Source of the DNA: Curvularia clavata
Lineage: Eukaryota
DNA: 64,000 nucleotides
Direction of reading: 5' to 3'
NCBI GenBank assembly: GCA_023920165.1
Contig: CP089278.1
Location: forward strand, 1,116,001 to 1,180,000
In this document: one piece after another, positions 35,536 to 47,717 of the stretch
Position numbering within the stretch: the first letter of the stretch is position 1
How the letters are laid out: each line of letters opens with the position of its first letter
Notes under the pieces: model-generated
The model's database searches: none
The model's input: only the letters and a program-made list of their open reading frames with translations
Told to the model about the DNA's origin: nothing
Position numbers and translations under genes: made by a program

Positions 35536-36401
35536 CTATCTCCTCTCCCTAGACCTGGACCTTCTCCTCTTAGGCGACCTGGATCTGCTCTTCAATGCGC
35601 TTCTAGAGCTTGAATCATCTCTTCCTCGATGCTCCAATTCCTTGCGCTTTCCCGCACTTGACATCGATGGAGTACCTGTTCCGCTTGAAGTCCCAGACTT
35701 GGTTGCAGAGATAAAATCCACAGACTCTCTTGGTTTCTTAGATCTCTCCTGCTCCTTCGCTTTCGCAATGTGCTTTTGAGAAGCCTTCAGTTCCTCTACG
35801 TAGGCCCATGGTGGAAACACGGTCGGTACTGCAACATCTTCCGAAAGCGTCGACGCATAAGATTCTTCCTCACTTATTCCCGCAAAGTCCATCAACTTCT
35901 GAGAATGGCCAGGATCGCGGAGTACGGACGAGCTTTCCAATCGGTGATTGAAATGCTGGTTCTTCTTCTTGAGTTCAAGGAACTGCGCAAACTTCTTGGT
36001 TGCTCTTTGAGGTGGCGATCCAGGAGGAGAAGGCGGTATGTTGAAATTGGGTACGGTAGGTAGAGTAAGGTTCTGAATCAGAGCACGGGTCGTTGTGTAC
36101 GGTGAGCCTGGGGCAGCATCGTCGGCCGGGCCGTCATCTGCGGGAGATGGCGATACTCCCGGTCCTTGAGAGGGTCCACTGACTGGTCCTTCAGAAACAG
36201 AAGGTTGTTTGGGAGCTGGAGGAGCTGGAGGAGCTGAAGGCGGTGCTTGGGCTGGCGCAGGCGCAACTGTTACAGGAATGTTGGTCAACTCTATATTAGT
36301 AGCGGTCGGAGCCCTTAGAATCCGTTTACGTGTCTCACCTCCAGCTGTGTCGCCTGTGTGACCTCTTCCTCATCACTGTCTGGATAGTCGATTCCGAGCA
36401 T
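35536..36401 (-). CDS. HCNGP/SAP30-binding-protein-like protein; one intron near the 5' end
   Basis: Reads MLGIDYPDSDEEE..., IPPSPPGSP...KFAQFLELKKKNQHFNHRLESSSVLRDPG...LMDFAGI...FPPWAYVEEL, and ends in an RS-rich tail. Confidence 0.8.
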
Positions 36402-36453
36402 TTTGGAGTGCGCAATGATTGCGGAAGACTATCTCCAACTGACTTGAGTATAC

Positions 36454-36481
36454 GGAGCTTGGGCCATGTCTACATCTTGGC
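36454..36481 (+). promoter_or_regulatory. Bipartite element GGAGCTT-N14-TCTTGGC in the HCNGP-like/PRE4 bidirectional promoter
   Basis: GGAGCTTGGGCCATGTCTACATCTTGGC; its first 13 nt are identical to the PRE1 copy. Confidence 0.6.
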
Positions 36482-36623
36482 GGGCGAGCTGCGCAACCAC
36501 CGACTGCCTACCAGCACCGTGACAACAACCTCACCTCCCAGCCCACTTTGAGATACTCGATTGTAGTCTCAGCCTCGGAATCTCGTCTTGATACCATCCC
36601 GAGCTCCAGCAGCCGTCTCAACA

Positions 36624-37510
36624 ATGAACCACCTTCCACAGGCATGGGGTCGTGTATGTCTCCCGCTCGCCTCCACCAAACAGTAATACTAATGCATCCC
36701 AGCCTAGAGACGATGTTTATGGCGCCTACGATCCCTCGCACTTTGCATCTGCCGGCCCAAACCAGCACACTCAGAGCCCCATTGTTACCGGTACCTCAGT
36801 GCTCGCGGCCAAGTTCAAGGATGGCGTGGTCATTGCGGCGGACAACCTAGGTAGGACAATGGAATGTAGGCTACAGATGATATTCTTGCTGATGCTATTT
36901 TACAGCTTCGTACGGCTCCCTTGCCCGCTTTACTGACGTTAAGCGTCTCCGAAAATTCAACGATGAGGTAGTAGTTGGCTTTGGCGGCGATGTCTCGGAC
37001 ATGCAGTACATCGATCGCCTTCTGAACTCTCTCGACATTCGCGAGAACTACTCCTCCTCCGAGAACTCGCTAAATGCGAAGAACCTTCATACCTACCTCG
37101 CCAAAGTCATGTACAACCGCCGATCAAAGTTCGACCCTCTTTGGAACCACTTGCTCATTGTTGGCATGGACGGCGAGTCGAAGCCCTTCCTCGCAAGCGC
37201 AGATCTCCTCGGTACCACATTTACATCGCCATCGTTAGCCACAGGTTTCGGTGCGCATCTCGCTCAGCCGATTCTAAGGACCATATTGCCAGACGAGGCA
37301 GCTGTGGAGCACGTCACAAAGGAGCAGGCAGTGGAGAAGATCAAGGAGTGCATGAAGGTTTTGTTTTACAGGGATGCCAGGAGTATGGATAAGTACTCGA
37401 TTGCAGTCGTCACCAAGGAGGGTGTGGAATTGGATGAGAACGTGAAGCTGGAGAACCAGAGCTGGGCATTCGCAGATAGGATTAGGGGATATGGCACACA
37501 GACTGTGTAA
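36624..37510 (+). CDS. PRE4: 20S proteasome subunit beta-7; two introns at about 36654-36702 and 36851-36905
   Basis: Reads [17 protein letters not shown]...[11 protein letters not shown]...[14 protein letters not shown]...[13 protein letters not shown]...[11 protein letters not shown]...VLFYRDARS...GYGTQTV*. Confidence 0.95.
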
Positions 37511-37929
37511 GTCTGCTCACGATGGATAGGACCAACACCATGATGCAGGAAACCACGGCCGATGAGAGGCTGAATGCTAAACGATAGACATGAATGAATG
37601 TACCATTAATGGTCTGGCTTTCTTATTCTCCATCCTATCGAATCATGTGCTTTTGCAATAGTATATGTTCAAGCAAATGCTATATCTTGCGCGTTTGACG
37701 ACTGGTATTGATTCATAAGCCAAGGCACCGACAAAGACCGAGTGGGGAACTCCGCTAGCATGCGGGGAAGTCGACGCTCCATACGTCGCTCAGAGACTGC
37801 GCTTACAACAGAAGTATTTGTAAAGCGACATATTAGAAAGAAACTCAGCATCATTACTTTCATTAAAAATACTAAGAATTCCTCTGGTTCATATAAACAA
37901 GTATCTTCCCTTTCATCAACAGCAACGCA

Positions 37930-39081
37930 ATGCCGTCTTCAAGCTCAACATCAAGAAAGAGGATCGTCTTTACTGGTGGTTCTGGGGTATGTTACGCTCT
38001 CTTCGCTACAAGTCCCTCTTAATCATCATATATCTTACTAGTGTGAATACATGCACTCAAAATTTATCAGATGTCTTGGGCTCCATCAAGCGTGCAGAGT
38101 CATGGATTTTACAAACAATTCCCTACCAAAATAAAACTGACTACGGATTCTCTTTAGGTAGCAGGGCGTCATGTCATCTCAGGACTTTCGTCTCGGGGTC
38201 ATGAGATTCTCAATGTCGACATGACACCGTTGAGCAACTCTGATGTGTATACGCTCAAGGCAGACTTGACAGATGGTGCGCAAGCATTCAACAGCTTGTC
38301 CTGTCATTTCCAGGTCAGCGAGCCATTCATGGAACCAGTCAAAACGCCAGATGCAGTTGTACACTTTGCTGGTATACCACAGCCGATGAGGGTACCAGAT
38401 AACGAGACGTTTCGAATCAATACGATAGGGTCATACAATATTATCGAAGCGGCTTGCAAGCTGGGAATCAAGAAGGTGTGAAAATCGGCTCCGAGGTTGA
38501 ACAACTATTGCTAATTTGACGAAAAGATCATCTTGGCTTCCAGTCTGACAACCTATGGCGTCACTTATTCAGAAGGCGATACTGATTACGCACACTTCCC
38601 CATAACCGAGGATACACCTACACGGCCCATGGATGTCTATGCGACGTCTAAGCTTTGTATGGAACAAACTGCCGCATCATTCGCCCGGCGCTTCCCGGGC
38701 GTCGACATCTACTGTCTCCGTATCTCCGCCGTCATTGAGCCAGAGAATCATGATTGGAAATTTGAAGCATATCTGACAAGGCCACAGGATTTCAAGGTCC
38801 ATGCGTGGAGCTACACGGATGCGAGGGATCTGGCGGGCATGGTACATGCTTGTTTGGAGACTGACGGACTGGGTTTCCAAGTCTTCAATGCGGTGAATGA
38901 TGAGACTACGATACCAGATTCAGAGGGAAGCATCGAAGATTGGTTGAAAAAGGCGTGTCCGGGTGTTGAGATCATTCGCAAGATGGGTGAGCGTGAATCA
39001 CCAGTGTGCAATAAGAAGATGAGAGATATGTTGGAGTGGAAGGAGGAGTTTGGCTGGCGAAAAGTGTTGAACAAGGAGTGA
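37930..39081 (+). CDS. NAD-dependent epimerase/dehydratase (extended SDR); introns at about 37987-38157 and 38476-38526
   Basis: RIVFTGGSG|VAGRHVI (Rossmann fold), DAVVHFAGIP, NTIGSYNIIEAA, ASS, and the catalytic YATSK. Confidence 0.87.
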
Positions 39082-40552
39082 CGCAGAGCGTCTTCGTGTC
39101 ACACTCTTGAAGTCAGATTTGGGGTGCAGCGACTCATTGTGGGATGTGGGATGTGGGATGTGTTTTTTACCAAATCCTCACCAAATATTCATGTGGTTCA
39201 ACACGCACCTTCCTTTCTTAAGTCTTCCCGAGTCATGATATCATGCATAACGTTCAGCTTACGACATCTTGCAGACTTCATCTTCACAACAAACACGGAC
39301 TCTCGCTCTTAGCTCCCACCATATCCGCCAGGACTTGAAATCTTGTACACGCATTCGGTTGAAATTCGTCCATAGGCTCTTCTCATGGGTGGGACACTTG
39401 CTCACCACGGACACTGCGGAAGTCGGAGGACCGGATTTGAGCAACGCTTGTTCTATGGAGAACTTTTGAGCAAGCATCCGACAACTTATAGACAACTAAA
39501 GCCGGCACCCATGTTATTCTGTGACTAACTCGCCGGCCTATGGATCATCAACTGGGCAGTTCCTAAACGATTAATACGGCGGAACGCCTTTCTCAAGTGA
39601 GCTCTTTTCTGCTGGAAACTACTACTTTACAAGGTATGTTCGTTCGGGCTATGCTGATCGGACATTTGTCGCAGGATTGGACGAGGCACGAGCTATATCA
39701 ATGAGATGGATTCGAGATATCTTCTAATTTTGGATACAGGGCAACGCCAGATGCATATGCGTACGAAACACGGAGGATCGAAAATTTGCCCTACGTACCC
39801 GAAACCAGGTCTACAGGATCTTTGGAAACATTACTAGTTCGATGAATAGTCCAGTGTCGTATACCAGTCGGGCATAGCCGAGACCCCCTTCAGCCTTAGC
39901 GACCCTCCGATCCTCCGCGCGACCCACCCCGCACCCATATGGCCTGTACGCCATTCCTGCTAAGCTAAACCATACCGGAGGATGAGTCTCATAAGGCCAG
40001 CCAGCACTTTATCCTAAATGAGCCCCTATTGGTGCATTGTGTTGCCGTGGCACACACTTCCTCATGGGCATGGCGGCCCGGGCTGGAGATAAGGAGGATC
40101 TCAATGAATACGCCCTATTCGGCCATGTATTCGTCCGCGATTGTTGCTTTTCGTCTAGGCTCATAAGTCGGGGCGTACGGTCATTTCGTAGTCGGAGGGT
40201 CGCTCTGTCTTGTATCCGTAACATGTGCGGCGTGGTTGTCCTCGGCTTAAACAACCTTAATCCTCCTTTTCTTAAGAGCTTCTGAGTACCATCCAAAGAC
40301 GGAATTTTCCATAGTAGGGTTTCCTGTTAACTGATCTGCAAGTGCCGGCTTGGTTTGAAATTGGGCAGTTGCTTCTCTCCGACTGCTTTCTATTACCTGA
40401 CTACGTTTGGTAAGGCTTACTCACTCTGGATTGGCTGGCGATGGAAACGGTCGTATCATGCTGGTACATTCAGCAGGAAGATCTCAAAAATATGTTCGCT
40501 AGATGTCAATGTGCTAACAGTATTGTAGCCTACACCGCATCAGGTCTTCACA

Positions 40553-42187
40553 ATGGCCTCAGCAGTCTCGCAGCCTGATCCCACACAGGAGACACAACAC
40601 CACCCAAACAGAGACGAAAAGGAAATATACGAGCAAGTTCAGGATGCAGATACAACAGTCGCAGAAGACGCGTCCATGCGAGACCCAGAAAAGGCTATCA
40701 AAAGCCCGGCATCTTCAGCAAACTCAACACATTCAGACCAGCGAACACTGTCCAACTCAAGCCAACCCGGAGACGGCCAACAAGCAGATCCCGACATAGT
40801 AGACTGGGATGGCCCTGACGATCCCGAAAACCCTCTGAACTGGCCTGCGAAGAAAAAATGGATGCTGATCGCCAACGTCAGTTTCATGACCCTCATCAGT
40901 CCAGCCGCATCGTCTTTTTTTGCGCCAGGTGTGCCGCAAGTGATGCGTGCCTTTCACGAAACATCCAGTCTGATAGGAGCCTTTGTCGTTTCAGTCTATG
41001 TTCTGGGCTTCGCCTTTGGTCCCATGCTCATTGCGCCCTTGTCTGAACTCTACGGCCGAAGCATCCTATATCACGCCGGCAGTATACTCTTCGTTATTTT
41101 TAGCATTGCGTGTGCCGTCTCAGATTCCATGGGCATGCTCATCGCTTTCCGGTTCTTGGCTGGCTGCGCAGGCTCTACACCTTTGACAATAGGTGGCGGT
41201 TCGGTAGCAGACATGTTTCCTGTTCAGGAACGCGCAGGAGCAATGGCAATCTGGGCCATGGGCGCCTTGATCGGACCCGTCGTTGGACCTATTGGTGGAG
41301 GCTACCTCGTCGAGCGCCTTGTCTGGCGCTGGGTGTTCTGGATCCTGGCCATTGCCGGTGGCGTTGCTAGTATCACGTTCCTGTTCGTGGGCCACGAAAC
41401 ATACCACCCGGTCCTTCTGGAGCGCAAAACAAAGGCCTTGATTAAGTCGACTGGTAACACCAACCTTCGCTCCAAACTCGCAAAAGACCTACCCCCAAAG
41501 AAGGTTTTCGCTCAAGCCATCGTACGACCCATGAAGATGCTCTTCTTGTCACCTATCGTCTTTCTCATGTGCCTCTACGTCTCGCTCAACTACGGCATTC
41601 TCTACCTCTTCTTCACAACCATCACCTTTGTGTTCGAACGCCAGTACCACTTTTCCTCGGGCTCTGTCGGACTCGCCTACCTTGGCATCGGTATAGGTAT
41701 GGCAATCGGCCTAGCATCGCTAGGTATCTGGTCGGACAAATTCGTTATCAAGCATCAGAAAAAGGGCAACCTGAAACCCGAACATCGCCTTCCCATCCAA
41801 CTTACGCTGCCGGGAGCCGTCTTGTTGCCCATCGGCGTTATCATTTACGGCTGGACGACTCAGCACAAGGTGCATTGGATTGTGCCCATCATGTCTATGT
41901 CATTTATTGGTTTGGGCAATCTAACCTGTCTTATGACTGCGCAGACATACCTGGTGGATGCCTTCACTATTCATGCTGCCTCGGCAATGGCAGCAAACAC
42001 TATCCTCCGATCCATTTTTGGCGGTGTCTTGCCACTAGCTGGACTGCCCATGTTCAACCAGCTGGGTCTGGGCTGGGGAAACACACTCCTTGGTCTCATA
42101 GCTTTAGCTTTTATTCCTGTTCCGATACTGTTTAGGTACTATGGCGAGAGAATCAGGACGAACCCAAAATTCCAGGTGCAATTGTAG
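40553..42187 (+). CDS. MFS transporter, DHA1 (drug/polyamine:H+ antiporter) family
   Basis: VDWDGPDDPENPLNWPAKKKW, APLSELYGR, RFLAGCAGS...GGGSVADMF, WRWVFWIL, PEHRL and YLVDAF, with about 12 TM segments. Probable 5'UTR intron at about 40410-40528. Confidence 0.93.
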   Translation: MASAVSQPDPTQETQHHPNRDEKEIYEQVQDADTTVAEDASMRDPEKAIKSPASSANSTHSDQRTLSNSSQPGDGQQADPDIVDWDGPDDPENPLNWPAKKKWMLIANVSFMTLISPAASSFFAPGVPQVMRAFHETSSLIGAFVVSVYVLGFAFGPMLIAPLSELYGRSILYHAGSILFVIFSIACAVSDSMGMLIAFRFLAGCAGSTPLTIGGGSVADMFPVQERAGAMAIWAMGALIGPVVGPIGGGYLVERLVWRWVFWILAIAGGVASITFLFVGHETYHPVLLERKTKALIKSTGNTNLRSKLAKDLPPKKVFAQAIVRPMKMLFLSPIVFLMCLYVSLNYGILYLFFTTITFVFERQYHFSSGSVGLAYLGIGIGMAIGLASLGIWSDKFVIKHQKKGNLKPEHRLPIQLTLPGAVLLPIGVIIYGWTTQHKVHWIVPIMSMSFIGLGNLTCLMTAQTYLVDAFTIHAASAMAANTILRSIFGGVLPLAGLPMFNQLGLGWGNTLLGLIALAFIPVPILFRYYGERIRTNPKFQVQL

Positions 42188-42502
42188 GGTCCTGGGACAG
42201 GAATGGTAAAACTATCATTTTGAGTTTTCTTTGCATGATTGGAGCGTTCTTTTTGATGGTTAAGATCTGTTTTCCTGTTTGTTAGGATATGAAAAGGGAA
42301 ATCAGAGCTCGATGTAATCTACCCGAATATGGATGGTATAGATATCTAGATTTGATATGTGAATTAGGCACATGTCCTTAGTTAGCATTCATCATAATGC
42401 TGAGATAAATACAGCCTTGTCAAAGTTCTTCTTACGCTTCTATCAATATGTTGTCACTCGCGCTGTCAGATGTATATCTCTCTTTCTCTCTCGTGTACGT
42501 AT

Positions 42503-42504
<2 letters not shown>

Positions 42505-42540
<36 letters not shown>
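42505..42540. repeat. (AC)18 microsatellite
   Basis: A perfect AC run in the convergent 3' region between the MFS and serine dehydratase genes. Confidence 0.95.
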
Positions 42541-42542
<2 letters not shown>

Positions 42543-42831
42543 TTAACATATTTTCCGAGACAACTCAAAGCATCTAGCAATTACACACATCAAACTGACA
42601 TCCATCCCATTTCTAGAAAGACATAACAGCTCCTACAGCAAAGAACAGTGACTAGTTTTTCACGAAAAGATGGAACGATAACATCGCGGCAGATAGAAAA
42701 ATAATCATGAACAGATTCCATTAAGCAGTATGTATACTGCATATCCCAACGCTACCCAAAAAAAACGCCAATGAAAACTTCTATAGACAGAGAGAAAGAG
42801 AGAGCCATGCATGCGAGCCGCACATCGTTTT

Positions 42832-44228
42832 TCAAGTGCACTCAACACAGCTGACCTCAATCCCCTCAATAACGAACGGCTTGCTCAGCTCACTCGGGAC
42901 CGTCGTCTTCGCCAAATCGAGATCCTTCACACTGCTCGTCTCGCTGTTAGCCTCACTGCCTAGCGCCGAGTCGCTCTGGCGGCGGCGCCTCGCCTCCGTC
43001 TCCTCCTCAATATACGCATACTCGTTGCGCCAGTCACACAGCATCTTGCTGGTGACGTTGCTGCCGCCACAGAGGACAATCACGACCTTGTCTTCTGGGC
43101 GGACTGGGCGGCCAAGCGCTTTCTCGAGCCGGCCGTCGTAGCACAGAGCAACGTTGATGCCGCATGCGAGCTCGACCATGATGCGCTCATCGTCGGCGAG
43201 ACGCCAGCATCCCATTGCGGCTTCGGCATCGGGAAGTACGATGCTGCGGACGTTGCCGCGCTGGGCGTACTTGAAAGTGGCGTCTGTGACGCGGGCGCAG
43301 CCAAGGCTGGTCGCTTGAGATGTGATCTTGGGTAGGGTGATGACTTCCTTTGCTTCGAGCGCGGCGTGTAGGCTCTCGGCTCCGGCAGTCTCCATGGCGA
43401 GGATGGTGGTCTTGGTCATGTTGAGCGAGTCCATGGCTTGACAGATGCCATTGATGAGACCACCACCGCCGACGGAGCAGATGAGCACGTCGGGTTCTTC
43501 ACCTCCTGGCATTTGGGCGGCAATCTCAGTCATGCAGGTGCTGTTGCCTTGCCAGATGTCGGGGTGGTCGAAGGGTGGGCAGTAGATGGTTTCTGTTTGT
43601 GCCTGTGTGGATAGTGTTAGTTACCAGGAAGCACACATATAAGATGAGTTAACGTACGTAGGGCATGACATGTTCTTTCAGGTATGCGTCGGCGTCTTTC
43701 CATGCAGCACCATGCTGGATGACATCGTATGCGCCTGCAGCCCTGAGTTTGGCTACCATCAAGGGTGCAGTGGCTGTTGGTACGACGACAGTGCAGTTCA
43801 GGTTGAGAGCGCGGGCAGAGTGAACAGCAGCGAGACCAGCGTTACCACCACTCGACGCAAAGATATGAGGACGCGATCCTTTTGGAAGTTCTTCGAGACG
43901 GCGGAGAATGTAGTTACCGATACCTCTGTTGTTGTATGAGTAAAGTGACAACCTTCTGTATCTGCAGCTGACTTGCCGTGACTTGAACGATCCGGAAGGC
44001 TGGAGATTCTCCAGCTTGAGGAAGACTCTGCTTCTGCGATTTAGAAATCTCTCTTCTTCAAGGGGTCTTCAAAGGGAACACAGTCTAGGGGGAGTGATAT
44101 TGAGTGACAGGAGAAGTGTGACCGTACCATCCCGCTGCTTCAGAAAGCGCATACGACTCCCTCAAAGGAGTCTGAACCCACGGGTTCTGCTCTGCCTGCT
44201 CCTCGGTGTAGTATTCCTTGACGGCCAT
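42832..44228 (-). CDS. CHA1: L-serine/L-threonine dehydratase (PLP fold II, Cha1/SDS-like); exons 44228-44128, 44030-43977, 43925-43658, 43602-42832
   Basis: PWVQTPL...VFLKLENLQPSGSFKSR|GIGN, SSGGNAGLA, PPFDHPDIWQG, SVGGGGL, ATSLG, VELACG and VIVLCGGSN. Confidence 0.9.
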
Positions 44229-44237
44229 GTTTGAAGA

Positions 44238-44692
44238 TGATAAACGAGTTGGGTATCACAGAATGGTATTAAGAGTACGTTGAATAGGAAAGCCAAGTGA
44301 ACAGTGTGAGACGTGGAGCTTCAAATTTTGTTTGATGGATATCGACTTGAAGAACCAGGCGTGATATCTTTTATCTCTATCAAATTCTTCTTATCGCTCC
44401 GCACGCACCCGCAACCCCAGACTTCTGGTACATACGGGTGGTGGGGTATCTAGCGCACCGTAACCACGATACCTTGTATCCATTACCCTATAAAGTGCGG
44501 ATATTACCCTATAGATACTCGATAAGGGACAAGCGACCACGTAGGTACCGCAGAATGACACAAGCATGAGACCGGTACTCAAAAATCTAGTCCCTGGTTC
44601 TGATTTCCCGATGCGGTTATCAGCGGCGGAATACGTTCTGCCAGGCAACACCGCCCTGGATGGCGTTACAGTTTGCGCCAACTTGCCTATCA
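44238..44692. promoter_or_regulatory. Cluster of HGATAR (AreA/Nit2-type GATA) sites upstream of the serine dehydratase gene
   Basis: Seven HGATAR/YTATCD matches (44238, 44371, 44377, 44391, 44520, 44617, 44687) plus additional GATA cores in about 460 bp. Confidence 0.55.
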
Positions 44693-45027
44693 CAGGTCGA
44701 GCGCCAGTCTTGTGTGCAGGGGAGCTCATCCAACACGTCCTGTTCCGATGACAGCTCGGCGAAACGGTGGGGATGATGTTGGCTCGGAGAGGTTGCGGGA
44801 TCGCAAGAGGAGATCCCCGACGGAAAGGAAAACTAAAATGCCCGAGTGGAAGACGCGTCCAAGCTTTATGTCATGATCCGAAAACTGGTCAACAACCCAT
44901 TGTCGGTTTCTACAAGCAGTTCCGGAATATAATCGCACCTGACTATAGAAGCATATGATGCAGATCCGCAGTGGTAGAACAGGGGCTTGTGCGATTTTTG
45001 CTTCTGGAAATTTACTCCGCTCTTGAT

Positions 45028-46104
45028 CTACACAGCAACCTTGGGCTGTTGAAGCTGACTCTTTCTGAAGTTCCAATAACTTGCACGGATCGGGTCATAC
45101 TTGGTCGCCAAAAGATCCAACGCCTGTTCGGCTCTCCTCTCGCCGTCCTCTTGTTCGGCGTAGATGTCAGCTAGGAGATCAAGAGCGTGGCTTGAGTGAA
45201 CATCGTCGGGTTTCTGGATGTCGGCAAACTCGCCAGCAAAGTCCTTGAGGGTGGATTTGGGAAGTCCGGCTGCACGGAGGATGCCTAGGATGTAGTTCCA
45301 GGGACTCTGGTTCTGAGGCGCCTTGCGGATGGCAGCTTTTGTGTACCTAGTTGGGTTAGCAGTCTGCCAGACGTAACGGTGACAGAAACCTACTCTATTT
45401 CGCGCTCCGCAATATCTGCACTTGGCTTCCCTTCACGGCCACCGACAACCAGGTAGTAACGGTGGTTCCACGCCGAGTTGTTCCGCACATCTTGCTCAAT
45501 CATGCTATGCGTCCATTCTAGCTCTTCTGGCTTGTCAAACAGGTCGAAGCGCTTGACCAGCCACTGCCTGTAGCTCCACACGTGGTAGTTCTTCGAGTCG
45601 AGCTCCAGCATGGAGTTTATGAACTCGGGCTCTCCCTCTGGTGAGCCAAGCTGGTCAATGATGGTTTGACGGTGATGCCAAATCTGGTAGTTCTTGAGGT
45701 GTTTGAGCGCAGTCGGGTTGAGCCATGCGATTTCGTCCTGCAGTGACCGGCCGATCTCGGAGAGTGTTTTGGCGCGGTAGAGCCTGTGGAGCATCAGTAG
45801 CTGTCGTGGAGTTTGTGTGCACGCGAGCTGTATGCTAGTCCCTCCTGCGAGACTCGGCGATGGGATGGCGCGTATGGACTCACCAGACCGTGTAGTGTGC
45901 AGGGTTCATGCTGATGATGTGCTCAGTGAGTTCGAGGACCCTTTCGCTAAATTCGTTCTTGGCCATGATGGCGCGCAAGTAGCCCATGGCCTCGCTGTAC
46001 TCGTCGCTATACGCAATGGCAGCGAGCGGGTGCAGGCCACCGTCATCTTGTGGGAGTGGCTCGACGTCCGCCCACGCCTCGTTGTCGTGGTAGAATTTAG
46101 GCAT
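45028..46104 (-). CDS. RAM2: Protein farnesyltransferase/geranylgeranyltransferase type-1 alpha subunit; two introns
   Basis: WADVEPLPQDDG...YSEAMGYLRA...NPAHYTVW, PPTA repeats KNYQIWHHR, KNYHVWSYRQW, RNNSAWNHR and NQSPWNY, and C-terminal YDPIRASYW. An upstream in-frame ATG at about 46234 is possible. Confidence 0.93.
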
Positions 46105-47077
46105 TCTGTCACCTCCACAAAAAGCGTCCAAGTCGTCAAAGAACTGGCGTTCGGGAAGCAATGCGCACAGTAGGCGATATGGCGGCAGGATGATGGCCCG
46201 AAGCCCGGCGCGAATGAGGTTGAAGAAAGCCATGGTGGGGTCAGTCGAGCCACCTAAACTCCGCCGCTTGGCAGAGACCACGCTCTTTTCTACATGTCGC
46301 CCAGAACAATAGCAATCTGTTTCGCGCAAGTACAGACGCCAAATCCATAGCCTTGATTTGTGTATACAACTACTGGAGCCATTACATATGGAGAAACAAT
46401 AGGTGGCGTAAATTGGTATCTTAGGCTAGGACACCCCTCGCGCATCGGCTCTTTGTGGCCTCCAAGTGCTATTCTCAAGGACGTGAAATGAACAATGTTA
46501 AGGAAGTTTACGTTTCATAGTCCTTGCCAATTTGACTGCGCTCATTTTGTAGTGCAGTCTGACCATATACGAATGGAGGCGCTACAAGCCTGACAAATGC
46601 AACGTCACTGACATGCCCTGGTAATATTTAGACAGTGCCCGTGAGTAGGGACGATACGTATCACATGATCTCGAATATGGCTGTAGGCGGTCTGTCTGGT
46701 ATCCATCATCAAGATAGAACCTTTGCAATCGGTTTTACTTGTCAAAGGTGATGGTCATGTCCAAGTGCCTTTACCCAGGAGGTAACGGTGATACCCAACG
46801 CGTCTCTCAGCGATGTCTTTGACCTGAATTCAAGCACGTCGTGTCTTTATCAGCATTCGAAACTCATTGTGCTGAGAGAACAGGGTATCTGACCAGAATT
46901 CGTAACTTCTACTCATCCCACCACCCGTCCTGCACCTCCCTCGAATCCAACAACCCGTGCTCCTTCCAGCACAACACCACACTTTCCCAACTCCCAATCG
47001 GCCTATTCTTCAACGAAATCAAGACCATGCCACTCTTCCTCTCCTATCCCCCGTCCCATCATCCAACCATACCCACA

Positions 47078-47717
47078 ATGTCGCTCGCGGACGGACTCGC
47101 TGCCAACGACGCTCAGGTCCAAAAGCTCATTTCAGAAAAGCATGCGCAAGCCGAGCTCTTGCAAAAACAACGCGAGATCCTCGTCAAGTACCTCATCCTC
47201 GACGTCGAAGACTATCTCGTCGACGTGCGCGCAAAAGCCAAAGAAGCTGAAGAAGATTCTGACCACGCTCTCCATCAGATCAAAGCAGGTCTACCTTCTT
47301 TCTCCCCTTCTTTCTCCCCTTCTTTCTCCCATTTCCTCCCCAAATACTCCCAGAAAGAAAAAACGAAAGAACTGATACGTAGCTAACCCACCTTCGTCAT
47401 AGCTCCCCGAATATCACCACCTCCACCGCGGCCGCTTCAACTGCGTCGCCCTCTGGCGTGGGTTCTGGCACCAATCCGTCGGCATGTGGGAACAATGGGG
47501 TACCAACCCATACAAACTACGCCCTCTCTGGTATCTCATGATCATGATACTGCTGTTGGGATGGATGCTCGGCAGCATCGTCATCGGCCGTTACGAGCTC
47601 GGCTCCTTGACTGGCAAAGTGCGGCTGGCGAGATTTGGACGGGCAATTTTGGGCGCCATTCCTCCAGTTGTACAGTTCCTTTTGTTCTTGTTTCCACCTC
47701 TGTTTGTGCAGTTTTGA
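47078..47717 (+). CDS. Small hypothetical protein (N-terminal coiled coil plus C-terminal TM helices); exon structure uncertain
   Basis: MSLADGLAANDAQVQKLISEK... shows coding-like codon usage. An intron with CTAAC...CATAG ends at 47402. A downstream frame reads LPEYHHLHRG...LWYLMIMILLLGWMLGSIVIG; joining the two frames needs a GC donor (AAA|GCAGGT). Confidence 0.5.
47294..47330. repeat. 12-bp tandem repeat (CCTTCTTTCTCC)x3 within the putative intron
   Basis: Sequence ccttctttctccccttctttctccccttctttctccc. Confidence 0.8.

Noticed and set aside
37930..42187. SDR epimerase and MFS transporter as members of the mycosporine cluster
   Set aside because: They are separated from DDGS by ~9 kb and five housekeeping genes, with no sequence evidence of linkage.
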